Both the position numbers and the translations under genes were made by a program. A stretch of DNA of 64,000 bases from an uncultured Planctomycetota bacterium. Its GTDB lineage: Bacteria; Planctomycetota; Planctomycetia; Isosphaerales; Isosphaeraceae. Every line of letters starts with the position of its first letter. Position 1 is the stretch's first letter. A model generated the notes under the pieces. The model made no database searches and was not told the DNA's origin. It worked only from the letters and a program-made list of their open reading frames with translations. The DNA is taken from positions 2,048,001 through 2,112,000 of the forward strand of contig CAWGMQ010000010.1 of the NCBI GenBank assembly GCA_963823665.1, written 5' to 3'. Shown piece by piece: positions 21,601 through 34,000 of the stretch.

Positions 21601-23822
21601 AAAACGTGGTCACCTGGAGGCAAGCATCCGCCGATTTCAGCCAGGAGAATTCCTCGGGGAACTTTCGAATTGACTTGGCCATTGACGCGGACAAATCGAC
21701 CGGCTGGGCGATCTTTCCTGAGGTCGCCGAGCGCCACCGCGCGGTGTTCATCCCCAGCCGGCCGATCACCGCGGCCAGCGAGACCCATCTCACCATACGG
21801 CTGGCGTTTCAGAGCAAGCACTCGCATCATGCGCTGGGCCGGTTCCGGCTCTCGGTCAGTGAAGACGCGGCCGCTTTTGAAAGGGAAAGGAAACGCTTCG
21901 CCCTCGTGAACGTTGTCGACCCCTGGGCAAGACTGGCCGCCGCGTACGCGGTGAACGATCGCGACGATCTCGCGTCGCGATACTTTAGCAGAGCACTCGA
22001 GCGCGCCCACGCCTACGAGGCGAGGAAGCCGATCGTCGAGGCCGCTGCGCGTTTCGACGAGGTCCTCTCCGCCCTGATCGAACGGCAGCCCGAAGATCCG
22101 CAATTGCAGTTGGCACTGGCTCGGAAACTCGCGGAGCGGGGCAAGCAGCGTTTGGCGGAGAAGCAGCCCGCGCAGGCACAAGCCGCGTTGAAGAAGGCGC
22201 GGGAGATCCTCACACGGCTCCGCGTGGAGCCGCAGTGGACCGTGCTGACCCCGGTCGAGATGAAAACCGATAACGGCTCCAAGCTGGAATTGCAGGAAGA
22301 TGGTTCCGTCTTCGTTCACCAACCCGCCAATAACGACACCTACTCGCTCGTGTTCCAGACCGAGTTGAAGGGGATCAAGGGCCTGCGCCTGGATGCGCTG
22401 GCCGATCCCCGCCTGCCAGGCGGCGGACCGGGGTGGGCGCCCGATGGAGGCTTCGTGCTTAACGAACTATCACTGGCTGCGGCCCCTGCAAACAGCCCCG
22501 AGCAGCCGAGGCCCTTGGCCATACGAAACGCGTCGGCGGATTTTAACCAAGCGGGTTACAACGTCGGTAAAGCAGTGGACGGCGTCAGCGAGCCTTTCGG
22601 GGGTTGGGCTATCGCCCCCCAAGCCAACAAAGATCACGCAGCGGTCTTCGAGACGGCCGAGGAAATCGGTAACGGCAAGGCCACTCGGTTTACGGTCCGG
22701 CTCGACCACCTGTTTCACATGGAGAAACGCTTACTCGGCCGCTTCCGATTGTCCTTCACCAACGACGCGGCCACGTTGCAAGCCACGCGTATTCGATGGG
22801 ATCTGAAAGACAGCGAACTCCTGGACCTGAACGTCGCGCTGGCAGAGGCTTGTGCCCAACAAGGTCAAACCGATGTCGCCGTCGCCTCCTTCGCTGAGGC
22901 GCTCGCTCTGGCCAAGGACCGCGCCGGCAAAGCGAAGGTCATTGGGGAGGCCGCCCCGCTGGCAGGCGTGCTCGAAAAGCTGGCCGAGCGCGCAGCGGGC
23001 GACGCGCGGTTCCAGGCCGAGCTGGCCCGACATTTTGCGGAACGAGGCAATGCCCAGGCCGCGGACGCGGCACGCGCGCGAGCGTGCATATTGTTCGCCG
23101 AGAAGCTGGCGCAGGAGCCGGAGAACTCCGCGCTCGCCGCGGACCTCCTCTCGGCGTACCAGTCGGCCGGCCGCACGCGTGAGGCGGTCCTATTTCTGGC
23201 GAAGGCGTCCGCCGCCGATCCGAAGGACACAATGCTCTCCTTGAAGGTCGCCGCTCTCCAGGCGTGGTTCGGGCAGGAGAAGGAACTTGCCGCCACCCGG
23301 CAGCGAATCCTGGCGTCAGCCAAGGGCACCGCCGAATCGATCACGGCGGAACGCGCGGCCATGGCGTGCAGCATCCTTCCCTCCACCGACAAGGCAGAGA
23401 TCGAAGCGGCGCTGGCGCTCGGTCGCTCGGCGGTGAAGCTGGGTAACGGCGTGGAGTGGTGGAACCTGCTGGCCCTCGGCATGTCGGAGTGCCGTGGCGG
23501 CAACCACGCTGCCGCCGAGAAGGCCCTGCTCGCCGCGGTGGAATCCGTCAAGAACAGTCCGCTCGACGCCCCCGGCGTGACGGGCGCGTCATCCTTCTTC
23601 CGCGCGATGAGCCTGTTCCTACTCGGCAAGAAGTATGAAGCTCGCAAGCTCGCGATTGCGGCCGCGGCGAAGATGAAGCCCCTGCCGGCCGACGAGCGGA
23701 ACCCTCTGGCCGGCGATGAAACCGAGAACGACCTGATCGTGTGGCTGGCTTACAAGGAAGCGAAGGCCATGATCAGGTTCGACCCACTCCCAGCGGCCGC
23801 GGATCAACCCAAAGCGAAATGA
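12605..23822 (+). CDS. giant nSTAND1 NTPase-WD40-TPR-lectin-like repeat protein (~3,740 aa), split by a 2-nt deletion at ~20402
   Basis: NPFPGLRPF..FFGRE..VVGTSGSGKSSLVRAG, VVVDQFEELF, TMRSDY, LPVLQHAL, SHESL; hydrophobic helix; many GH..WD repeats; TPR-like helices; discoidin-like repeats. ATG overlaps the kinase stop (TGATG). Internal repeat offset changes from 1822 to 1824 across the break. Confidence 0.88.
18370..20070 (+). repeat. intragenic tandem duplication (~870 nt x2) of a discoidin/F-lectin-containing module
   Basis: Two copies of W.VL.PAE.KT..VRWQPGP.PVQALRIETS..G.FVRLDLPGDSS..INLAELQVFQG..PWWEVDLGSE. Confidence 0.85.
20095..23130 (+). repeat. intragenic duplication (~1.2 kb units at ~20095-21300 and ~21920-23130)
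   Basis: Near-identical LAERGKQRLAEKQ..TPVEMKT.NGSKLELQEDGSVFVHQPA..RFQAELARHFAE blocks, offset 1822-1824 nt. Confidence 0.85.
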
Positions 23823-24051
23823 TCGCGTCACCAGGATCCGATCCGCTCCCGAGTCTCGCCGTCATCTCGCAGCAAAAACGCGGCCGTACGCTCAGTGCAG
23901 CGAGCGCTTGGCGCGCGATTTGCTTGCGGAATTGCAAGTCCGTGGCGCGGTCGGTCGTTGAGAACGGGCCGAACGGTGAAATCGCTGGGAAAACAATAGC
24001 ATCAAGGCTTTGATCAGCGCGTCTTGGGGAGAATCCGGCTGTGGGACGCCG

Positions 24052-27000
24052 ATGAGCGACACGAAAAGAATGCCAAACGCCGATGCGCACTCCCTTCGCT
24101 TTCTCAGGGGAGGCGGCGAGATGGGTGAGCGCATTCGTGCATTCGACTGGTCAAAGACGCCGATTGGACCAGCGGAGTCGTGGTCACCTGCGCTGCGGAC
24201 GGTTATTCGACTGATGCTGTCGAATCGCTTGCCCATGTTGCTGTGGTGGGGGCCGCAGTACGTCTGCATTTACAACGACCCCTACTGCCCGGTTCTCGGC
24301 AACAAGCATCCATGGGGTTTGGGCCGTCCGGTGAGCGAGTGCTGGAAGGAAATCTGGCACGTGCTCAAACCACTGATCGACACGCCGTTCAATGGTGGTC
24401 CAGCAACCTGGGATGAGGACATTCTTCTCGTCATCAACCGCTACGGGTTCAACGAAGAGACGCACTGGCTGATCGCGTACAGCCCGGTCCCGGACGAGAG
24501 CGTACCGAGCGGCATCGGCGGCGTCCTGGCGACTGTTCATGAAATCACGGCGAAAGTGCTCAGCGAGCGCCGCATGACGGCACTGCGTGATCTGGGTAGT
24601 CATCCGGGCGAGGCAAAGAGCCCGGAGGCGGCGTGCATCGCGGCCGCAAGGACATTGGAGGCTTACGCCAAGGACATCCCGTTCGCGCTGCTCTACCTGA
24701 CCGAAGCCGACGGCAGGCACGCACGCCTGGCGGCGACCGCAGGAGTCGCACCGGGCCAGGACATCAGCCCAGAGCGTGTTGACCTCGAGTCAAAGAGCGA
24801 TGCGTGGCCATGGGTGGAAACAAAACGGAGCATGGATCTGCAGGTCGTAACCGATCTCGGGGCGCGCTTCTCGTCCGTGCCGTCCGGCCGCTGGCCCGAC
24901 CCACCGAACACCGCGGTCGTGCTGCCCATCGGTTCCAGCAAGCCGCACGAGCCCGTCGGGTTCCTCGTCTCCGGGGTCAGCAGTCAACTGCGGCTGGACG
25001 ACGCCTACCGCGGCTTTCTGGACCTCGTGACCACACAGGTCGGCACGGCCGTCGCGAATGCACGGGCCCACGCAGAGGAGAAGCGGCGTGCCGAGTCGCT
25101 GGCCGAACTTGACCGAGCCAAGACGACCTTCTTCTCGAACGTCAGCCACGAATTCCGCACCCCGCTGACACTCATGCTCGGCCCCCTTGAGGATGCCCTT
25201 GCCGAGACGGAAAGCGACTTGCCGCCCCAGCAGCGAGAGCGGCTGGAAATTGTCCGCCGCAACGGGCTGCGTCTCCACAAACTCGTCAACACTCTGCTCG
25301 ATTTCTCCCGCATCGAAGCGGGGCGGGTTCAGGTCAGTTTTCAACCGGTCGATCTGGCAGCGCTTACCAGCGATCTGGCAAGTAATTTCCGCTCGGCCTG
25401 CGAGAAGGCGGGCCTCGAGCTCGTCGTGGACTGCTCCGTGCTGTCGGAGCCGGTGTATGTGGACGCCGAGATGTGGGAAAAGATCGTTTTCAATTTGATC
25501 TCGAACGCCTTCAAGTTCACTTTGAAGGGCCGTATCGAGATCACGCTGCGGCAGTCGGACCGGCACGCCGAGCTGGTTGTGCGGGATACCGGTGTCGGCA
25601 TTCCGGGCGACCAGATGCCCAGGCTGTTCGAGCGGTTTCATCGAGTCGAGGGAGTCACGGGACGATCGCTTGAAGGCTCCGGCATCGGACTGGCTCTCGT
25701 CCGAGAACTGCTGCGCCTCCACGGCGGCCAGATCAGCGCCACGAGCGAGATCGGCAAGGGGACTTCATTTGTCGTGACGGTTCCGCTGGGTACCGCCCAC
25801 CTTCAGGGTAAGCTACTCGCTCCGGCTCCGGCCTTGATTTCGACGGCGCTGCGCACCGGCCATCACGTCGAAGAGGCGTTGCGCTGGTTGCCCGATGCTG
25901 GTCCCGCTCTCCTTGAAGAGGCGACTCTGATCGGCGAGGTCGAACAGGAACGGAGGCCGGGTCATCAGCCGGGCGGCAACGCGTTCCGTATCGTGATCGC
26001 CGACGACAACGCCGACATGCGGCAACACCTCGAGCGCGTTCTCTCTCAACACTATCACATCGAGGCGGTATGTGATGGTCAGGCGGCGCTCGATGCCGTC
26101 AAGCGGTCGATGCCCGACCTGATCCTGGCGGATGTCACGATGCCCCGGCTTGACGGGTTCGGGCTGCTCAAAGCCCTGCGATCCGACCCGAGCACGAGCG
26201 GATTGCCCTTCGTCATGCTCACGGCCCGTGCCGGCGAGGAAAGCCGGGTCGACGGGATGGAGGCCGGGGCAGACGACTACCTCGTGAAGCCATTCAGCGC
26301 CGAGAGCTTCTGGCCCGTGTCGGTGGGCACCTCCAGATGGCACGGCTGCGACAGCAGGCCGGCGCAGCCGCGCGGAAGAGTGAAGAACGGATGCGTCTCT
26401 TGTGGGAATCGGCGGCCGTGCTGCTGACCACCGATGATCCTGAGACGATGTTGCGAAACCTTTTCGCCAAGATCGGGCCACACCTGGGGCTGGACACCTA
26501 CTTCAACTTCATGGTCAATGACAGCGGCACGGGACTCAAGCTGGCATCTTGCACCGGCGTCTCGGACGAGGCCGCGGGCACCATCAAGAACCTGGAGTTC
26601 GGGCAGTCCATTTGCGGCACGGAGGCCATGCTCCGCATGCCAGTCACCGTCACGTTCATCCAGCGGTCTGATGACCCGAAGGCGCAGTTGGCGAAATCGT
26701 TCGGTATCAGAGCGTATGCCTGCAATCCGCTGATGACGGGCGACGAATTGCTTGGCACATTGTCGTTCGCCAGCCGCAGTCGGGATGAGTTCGACGCCGA
26801 GGAGCTGGACTTCTTGCAAACGATCTGCCGGTACGTCACGGCTGCCTATGAACGGCTGCGACTTATCGGGCAGTTGCGCGAGTCAGATCGCCGCAAGGAT
26901 GAATTCCTGGCGACACTGGCCCATGAACTCCGCAACCCGCTGGCGCCGATCCGCAACGGTCTGCACGTCCTGCGGCTTGGCGGCGCCGGTGGCGAGATGG

Positions 27001-27992
27001 CAGACGATGCCCGTGAGATGATGGAGCGGCAACTATCGTTGATGGTGCGCCTGATTGACGACTTGCTGGACTTGAGCCGGATCAGCCGTGGCAAGATTGA
27101 ACTTAAAAAAGAACGGGTCGAGCTGGCGAAAGTCGTTCATCATGCCATCGAGACGAGCCGCCCGACCATCGAGGAAGCAGGCCACGAGTTGATGATTGAC
27201 GTGCCAGCCGGTCGAGTCTATGTCGATGCTGATGTGATACGACTGGCCCAGGTATTTTCCAACCTCCTGAACAATGCCGCGAAATACACAGAGCGCGGCG
27301 GCCGGATTGGACTTTCGGTGCAGCGGCGGGGGGGAGAGGTGCACGTGTCCGTGCGAGATAACGGAATCGGCATCCCTGTGCACATGCTGCCAAAGGTGTT
27401 CGATATGTTCACCCAAGTCGACCGCAACCTGGAGCGGTCACAAGGCGGGCTCGGTATTGGCCTGTCGATCGTGAAGCGGCTGGTCGAGATGCACGGCGGC
27501 AGCGTCGAAGCCAGGAGCGACGGTCACGGCATGGGAAGCGACTTCGCAGTCCGGCTGCCCGTCGTGCCGTACGTAGCTCAGTCGAAGATCGCTGATGAAC
27601 ACGCCACCGACCCATCGAGCCGACGGCGAGTCCTGGTCGTGGACGACAATCGGGACGCCGCCATGAGCCTGGCAATGATGCTCAAGCTCATGGGGAATGA
27701 GACGAAGACAGCGCACGACGGGTTCGAGGCGCTCGAGGTGGCGGCAGTCTTCCGGCCAGACCTGATCCTCCTCGACATCGGGATGCCGCGATTGAACGGT
27801 CACGAGACCGCCAGGCGGATCCGGGAGCAACCCTGGGACAAAGGCGTCGTACTGGTGGCGCTGACCGGCTGGGGCCAGGAGGAAGACCGCCGCATGTCAG
27901 ATGCGGCCGGGTTTGACGCACACCTGGTCAAACCGATCGAACCATCGGCGCTGGAGAAGTTGCTCGCGAGCCTGCCGGCGAGAATTGGCTGA
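24052..27992 (+). CDS. hybrid histidine kinase: PAS/GAF-HisKA-HATPase-REC-GAF-HisKA-HATPase-REC; 1-nt deletion at ~26300
   Basis: GGEMGERIRAFDWSKTPIG, FFSNVSHEFRTPL, NLISNAFKFT, IADDNADMR, DDYLVKPFSA|RELLARV (restored by one C), FLATLAHELRNPLAPI, VLVVDDNRD. Confidence 0.9.
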
Positions 27993-28022
27993 GGGTTCGG
28001 CGGGGGGTTGTGATCCCGGCCC

Positions 28023-31000
28023 TCATTGCCCATCGCTGTAATCTTTGACGGCGGGCATCAGTCCATGCTCGAACAAGCTGTCGATCGCTGCGGCGGTTGG
28101 AGCTTCGATGGCGGCGGCGCTCGCGGTGGGCGAAATGACAAGCCCGGTATTGGCCACCGTGGCTGTGAAATCCTTGCCGTTGTTGATCGGTCGTCCCAGC
28201 GGGTCGGTCAGAAGCGAAACGTTGACCAGCAACTGCTCGAACTTGGGCAGGCGGTGCTTGCCCCGGGGGAGGAGGATGACGCTGTCGCTCGAGGGGTTGT
28301 AGATCGCCTGGGTGAGCGGCACGAGCTTGTTATAGATGATTCGCGAAACCTTGTGAACCTTCTTTTTCTTGCCCGAGAAGACGGTGTAGGCCGCGAGATT
28401 CTGAGCCGCGGTGGCGTCCAAGGCACCGCTGAACTGGACGAAGAGCACCAGCGCTCTCTGCTTGTGGAATTTCCTGCCGAGCTTGACCTTCTCGACCTTT
28501 AATGCCGTGATCGTCACGGGCGACGTTGGCGCTTGCGTAACGGCGATCGTCGTCGTGGCTCCCGTGGTCGTGTAATCGGCCGCGTCGGCCGGCCTGAAGA
28601 GCACCGACAAAGGCTGATTCTGGCCTACGGGCAAGATCGTGCCCGCCGCCGGAGTGTAGACGAAGGTGCCCGCCACCCCTGCCGTGGCGTCGAGCTGCGC
28701 CGACCCCAGGGGCGTGCCGGACGTGATGCCGCCAGGCGTGGCCCACGTGACCGTCGGTGTCGCCTTCTTGACCGTCAGCGTCGCCGAGCTGCTGGCGGAC
28801 ATGAAATCCGCATTGCCCACGACGCTGTAGGAAATCGTGTAGGGCGAACCAGCAGCGCCAAGCGAGGCCGTGTTGAATTTCGCGGAGAAGTCGCCGGTCG
28901 TGGTGTCGATCGGGACGGTCGCGGTGACGCCAGCGAGGGTGATCGAGACATTCCCGGAGGGGATCTTCGACCCTGGGGCGACGATCTGGCCCGAGAGCGT
29001 GACGCTCGGGGTGCCGTAGCTGATCGTCGGCACGGAGAGCACGCTGAAGGCCGGCTGCGCCGCGACGACGTTGATCGTCACTGAGTCAGGAGCCGTGGTG
29101 TAGTCGGCCGAATCGGTTGGGGTGAATAGCACCGACAGGGTCTGTCCCTGGCCTACATTCGGTACCGTTCCCACAGCCGGTGAATAGGCGAAGGCGCCGC
29201 CCACCGAGGCCGTGGCGTCGAGCTGCGTCGACCCCAGCGACGTGCCATACGCGATGTCGGCGGGCGTGGCCCATGTAACGGCCGGCGTGGCCTTGTTGAC
29301 CGTCAGCATCGTGGTGCTGCCCGCGGCGGCGAAGTCTGCGTTGCCCGCGAAGCTGTAGGAGATGGTGTAGGGCGAAGCGGCCACGCCAAGCGCGGCCGTG
29401 TTGAAGTTCGCGGAGAAGTCGCCGGTCGAAGTGTCGATCGGGGCGGTCTCGGTGACGCCATCGAGGGTGATCGAGACATCGCCCGAAGGAATGAGCGACC
29501 CTGGGGCGGCGATCTGGCCCGAGAGGTTGACGCTCGCCGTGCCGTAGGTGATCGTGGGCGCGGACAGGACGCTGAAGGCCGGCTGTGCCGGGGTGACGTT
29601 GATCGTCACTGAGTCAGGAGCCGTGGTGTAGTCGGCCGAGTCGGTCGGGGTGAATAGAACCGACAAGGTCTGTCCCTGGCCTCCATTCGGTACCGTTCCC
29701 ACCGCCGGTGAATAGACGAACGTGCCCGCCACCGAGGCCGTGGCGTCGAGCTGCGCTGACCCCAGGGCCGTGCCATACGTGATGCCGGCGGGCGTGGCCC
29801 ACGTGACGGCCGGCGTGGCCTGGGTGACCGTCAGCGTCGCGGTGCTGCTGGAGGCGGTGAAGTTTGCGTCGCCGGCGAAGTTGTAGGAGATGGTGTAGGG
29901 CGAAGCAGCCACGCCAAGTGCGGCCGTGTTGAAGTTCGCGGAGAAGTCGCCGGTCGAGGGGTCGATCGCGGCGGTCGCGGTAACGCCGTCGAGCGTGATC
30001 GTGACATCGCCGGAAGGGATGGTTGAGCCTGGGCCGGCGATCTCGCCCGAGAGGGTGACGCTCGCTGTGCCGTAGGTGATGAAGGGCACAGACAGTCGAC
30101 TCCAGGTAGGCGTGGGCCCCGTCTTCACCGTCGCGGTTACCGACGCCGACTCGTTCGGCTGAGTCAGCGAATTTACCTGCACGGTGACGGTCCCTTGGCC
30201 GACGCTCGAGAGGCTTATCTCGAGCATGATCGCGCCGGTCGAAAATCCCGGCAGGATGAAAGTCGGGATCGTCTGGGTCGGCAGTCCGTCGAGGCCCATC
30301 AAGGTGGCGGTCACCGGGCCTGTCGTTCCCATGATGGTCGCCGCATAGGAGTCCTGGCTGTTGCCCGTGTTGTTGACCAGCAGGATGAACGAGGACGAGC
30401 CCGGGACAGGCACGACCTGGACGCTCGGGTTGAACTGGGCCGTCAGTCCTTCGGTCGACGGGATGCTGAGCGTAGCGGTGGCGGCCGCTCCGACGGCGGG
30501 ATTGGTCTGCGATGTGGCCATTGCGGTCAGGGCCAGGCCGCCCGGATCGGCGAAGTTCACGGCCGACGTGGTGATCGAGACCATTTGCGACGCACCCGGC
30601 GCCAGCGTCACCTGTGACACGGCGAGAGTCGAAACGACTGCGGCCGGCCCGGTCAGCGCCAGGGTATAGGTGTCTGACGCCGTACCGGTGTTGGTCACGG
30701 TCATCTGGAAGGTTGTGCCCGGAGCGGCCGAGCCCGGGTCGAGCGACACGCTGACGCCGTTGGCCGCGACCGTGAGCGTGCCCTGAGTCGTGGCCGTTGC
30801 CGCAGAGCTGGTGGTGGAAACAGCAGTGACCGTGAATGGGTAATCCGCGGCGGCGGTGCCGGGCGCCGGCGTGAGCGTCAAGGTCACGTCGCGGAAGTTG
30901 CTCTGGCCGGGGGGTGCAGTGATCGTCGCGGGGGAGAAGCTCGCCGCGATGCCGGCAGGCAGGCCCATGACAGCCAGATTGTAGGTGTCGGTCGCGTTGC

Positions 31001-34000
31001 CGACGTTGGTGACGGTGACGGTATAACTGGCCGACGTTCCTTGCCCGGCGGTGGCCGAGGACGGGCTGAGGCTCACATTGACGCCGGGCAGAGCGACCGT
31101 GGACGTCACGGTGAGCTGGCCTTCGACCGAATCGCTGGCGCCGGCGGCATCCGTGGTATCGACTTCGAAGACCTGCGTACCCGCGGCGGCGCCGGCGGGG
31201 ACGGTCACCTCTAGCGGCACATCGACCGTCTGGCCGGCAGGCATCAGCATGCTCGCGGCCAAGCCGACCGTGAACCCGCTCAAGCCGCTCACACTGAGAT
31301 TGTAGGTCTCGTCGGTTGACAGCGGGTTGGTCAGTGCCACGGTGTAGTCGGCCGTCGTGCTGGTGTTCGCGGTCTGCGCTGGCGGAGTCAAGCTGATGAT
31401 GTGCTCGGCCGCCACCGTGACCGGCGGCAGCGTGATGGTTTCGACGAGCGGTTGCCCCGTGCTCGTTGTGGTCGTCTCGGTGACCGTGATCCCGGTGCTG
31501 ATCTGCTCTACTTCGCCGGGGGTCATGTTGGCGACGGTGCCGGTCAGTTGGAACTGGCTGTCGGTAAATCCCCCGACCACGTTGGCGTTCCACACCACTC
31601 CCGACGCGGACACCGACGTGGCCCCCGGACTGATCGAGGAAGGGTCTACGTTATAGCCGGTTGCGGGGAGCTGGTCCTCGATCTGCGTTTGCGCCGTGTT
31701 GGGGTTAAACACCATGGCCATGACGACCGCGTTGCCCTGGCTGTCGGTCACGAGGGTGGTGAACCCGGCGGCGCTCGGCGTGCTAAAGTCGGAATGAACG
31801 CTGGAATTCCAGCCGCTGAGACCTTGCCCGCCGGCTGTTTGTTGCCAGTTGCCGCTCGATAGACCGGCCATGATCGGGCTGCTAGGGTCGACGATGCTGA
31901 CGTCTTGCACATCGGTGACGGCGTTGGGATTGCCGCCGCTTGATCCGATGAGAGAGGCATAGGGGACCCAAGAAAAGGAGTTGGCTGCGTAAAGCTCTGC
32001 CTCCACGACCAAACCGCCGCCGCCCTGAAGATAGTCTTGAATCTCGCTCTCAGCGGCGATGTAGTAATTGATGTCATTTGCGTTGTCAGTCGGTCCGAAC
32101 CACAGCTCTTGAAACTGGCTCAGGTCGGTCGTCGCCAGGTTGGCCGGGCTGATCTCGGTCAAATTGGTAAAGCCCGCATGCTGCAGCAATCCCAGCGTCG
32201 AAGGACCGCCGGGGAAATCGCCGTCTTCAATGATTCCGATCGTCGGATTGGCCACGCCGCCAGCGGCGAATTGTGCCACGTTGCTACCCAGGGTCACCGC
32301 GGCCGGAATGCCATAAATCCAGTGCGTGCTCGGATCCATTCCCATGTACACGATTCCGGCCTTCCCCGTGGCGGCGGTTGGGGCGATGGGATCGGCGTTT
32401 TGGTTGTCGAAGGTGATGGTCGTCGTGACGGTCGAACTGCCCGGCGGCACGATGCTGGGACTGGCTGTGACCGAAAATGGGATCGCCTGGCCGACGCTGA
32501 AGATCGTCGCCGCCGCCTGGCCGGGCAACGGATCGCCGCCGGGAGTCAGCAGCGAGAACCTCCACGCTGTAAACCCCGTCTGCCAAGCCGGTCGTCGGCA
32601 CCTGGCCGAGGTCAACGGTGGAACCGCCGGCGCCGGGAACGAGAGTCACCGGCACCAGCGGCCGGGTGCTGAGCACGGTGCCTGAGGAACTGAGGATCTC
32701 GAGCTGAGCCTCTTCATCGCGGTCTACGTTAGCCGCATTGAAAAGCTGGGCCGTCACGGCGACCGGCACGCCGGCGTTGACCTGCTGCGGGTTGGCCGTC
32801 ACGCTGACGACGTCGGCGACGGCCGGGTGGATCGTCACGACCGCCGTGACCGTCTGCTGCGCCACCGAGGCCGCCGCCGTCACCGCCAGCACGAACACCA
32901 CATTGACCTCCTGCGTCTGGGTGAGCGTGAGATTCACCGTTTGCGTCGCACCCACGGCCAGGGTCACCTGCGTCTGGGCGAACGTGGCCGTGACGCCGGT
33001 CGGCACATTCGCGGCGGTCAGCATCACGGTCACCGGGTCGGGGCCGACGTTGGTAAGCTGCACCGGGAAGACCTGGCTCTGGCCCGTCCCCAGATCGACC
33101 GAGGTGGGCGTCATGCTGATGGTGAACTGCTCGGTCGCCTCGACTGTCAGGATGCTGGTGAGATTGTTGAAGAACGCCGGCAGATCGGCGAGCAAGCCGC
33201 TGACATTCCCGCTGTTGGCATCGTTCTGGAGCGTCTGTAACGGGGTCACCAGTGGCGTCAAGTTCGGGTCCTGACTGACGCGGAGCAGGGTGCTCGTGTT
33301 GTTCAATTCGAGCTGCACATCGCTGAGAACTGTGGCGTCGGTCGGCGCGGTCTGTAGCTGATTAATGAAAGATTGCAGTTGGGTGAGCGTTTGGCCCAGT
33401 TGGACGTCGTTGTTGTTGCTCGTAATTTCGCTCGCGGCGCTGGCCGCCTGCGAGAGTGCCAGGACCTGCGCCGAGACGACTTGCAGGTCAATGGTCGTGC
33501 TCTGCTCGGTGGGCAATGCCGCGACGGCCAGCGCCGGAAGGGCTGTCTCGACGCTGCTTCCGTTGTTGGCAAAGCTCAAAGTCCCACCGAGTGCGACCTG
33601 CTGGACCTGGCCCGCCTGGAGGCTGGCAATCGTCGAGGACCAGGTGATTTGCTGACTTACTCCCGCGTCCAGATTGAGGTCCCAGATCAACTGCTCGGAA
33701 CTGGCGCCGGTGATGATCTGATTGGGAGCAACGTCGAATGAGCCGGTGTCGAGCGTCGCACCGGTGGTCGGGACATCGACCTCAGCGGTGACATTCTGGC
33801 TCGTCTGCGTCTGGTTAGTCACGGTGAGCGTGCCGAAGGCCGTCACCTCGCCCGCGGTAACTGTGTCCGAGTTGATCGTCAGCGTGCCGGTCACCGGTTC
33901 GCCGACCGCCAGCGCGGCCGTACCAGTGGCGCCCGTGATGATCTGGCCGCTGGTCTCCTCGGCGCGAACGGTGATCGTGTACGTTCCCGCGCTCAGGGAA

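Noticed and set aside
27991..28024. Hairpin between convergent genes as a terminator
   Set aside because: Imperfect stem and no U-tract on either strand.
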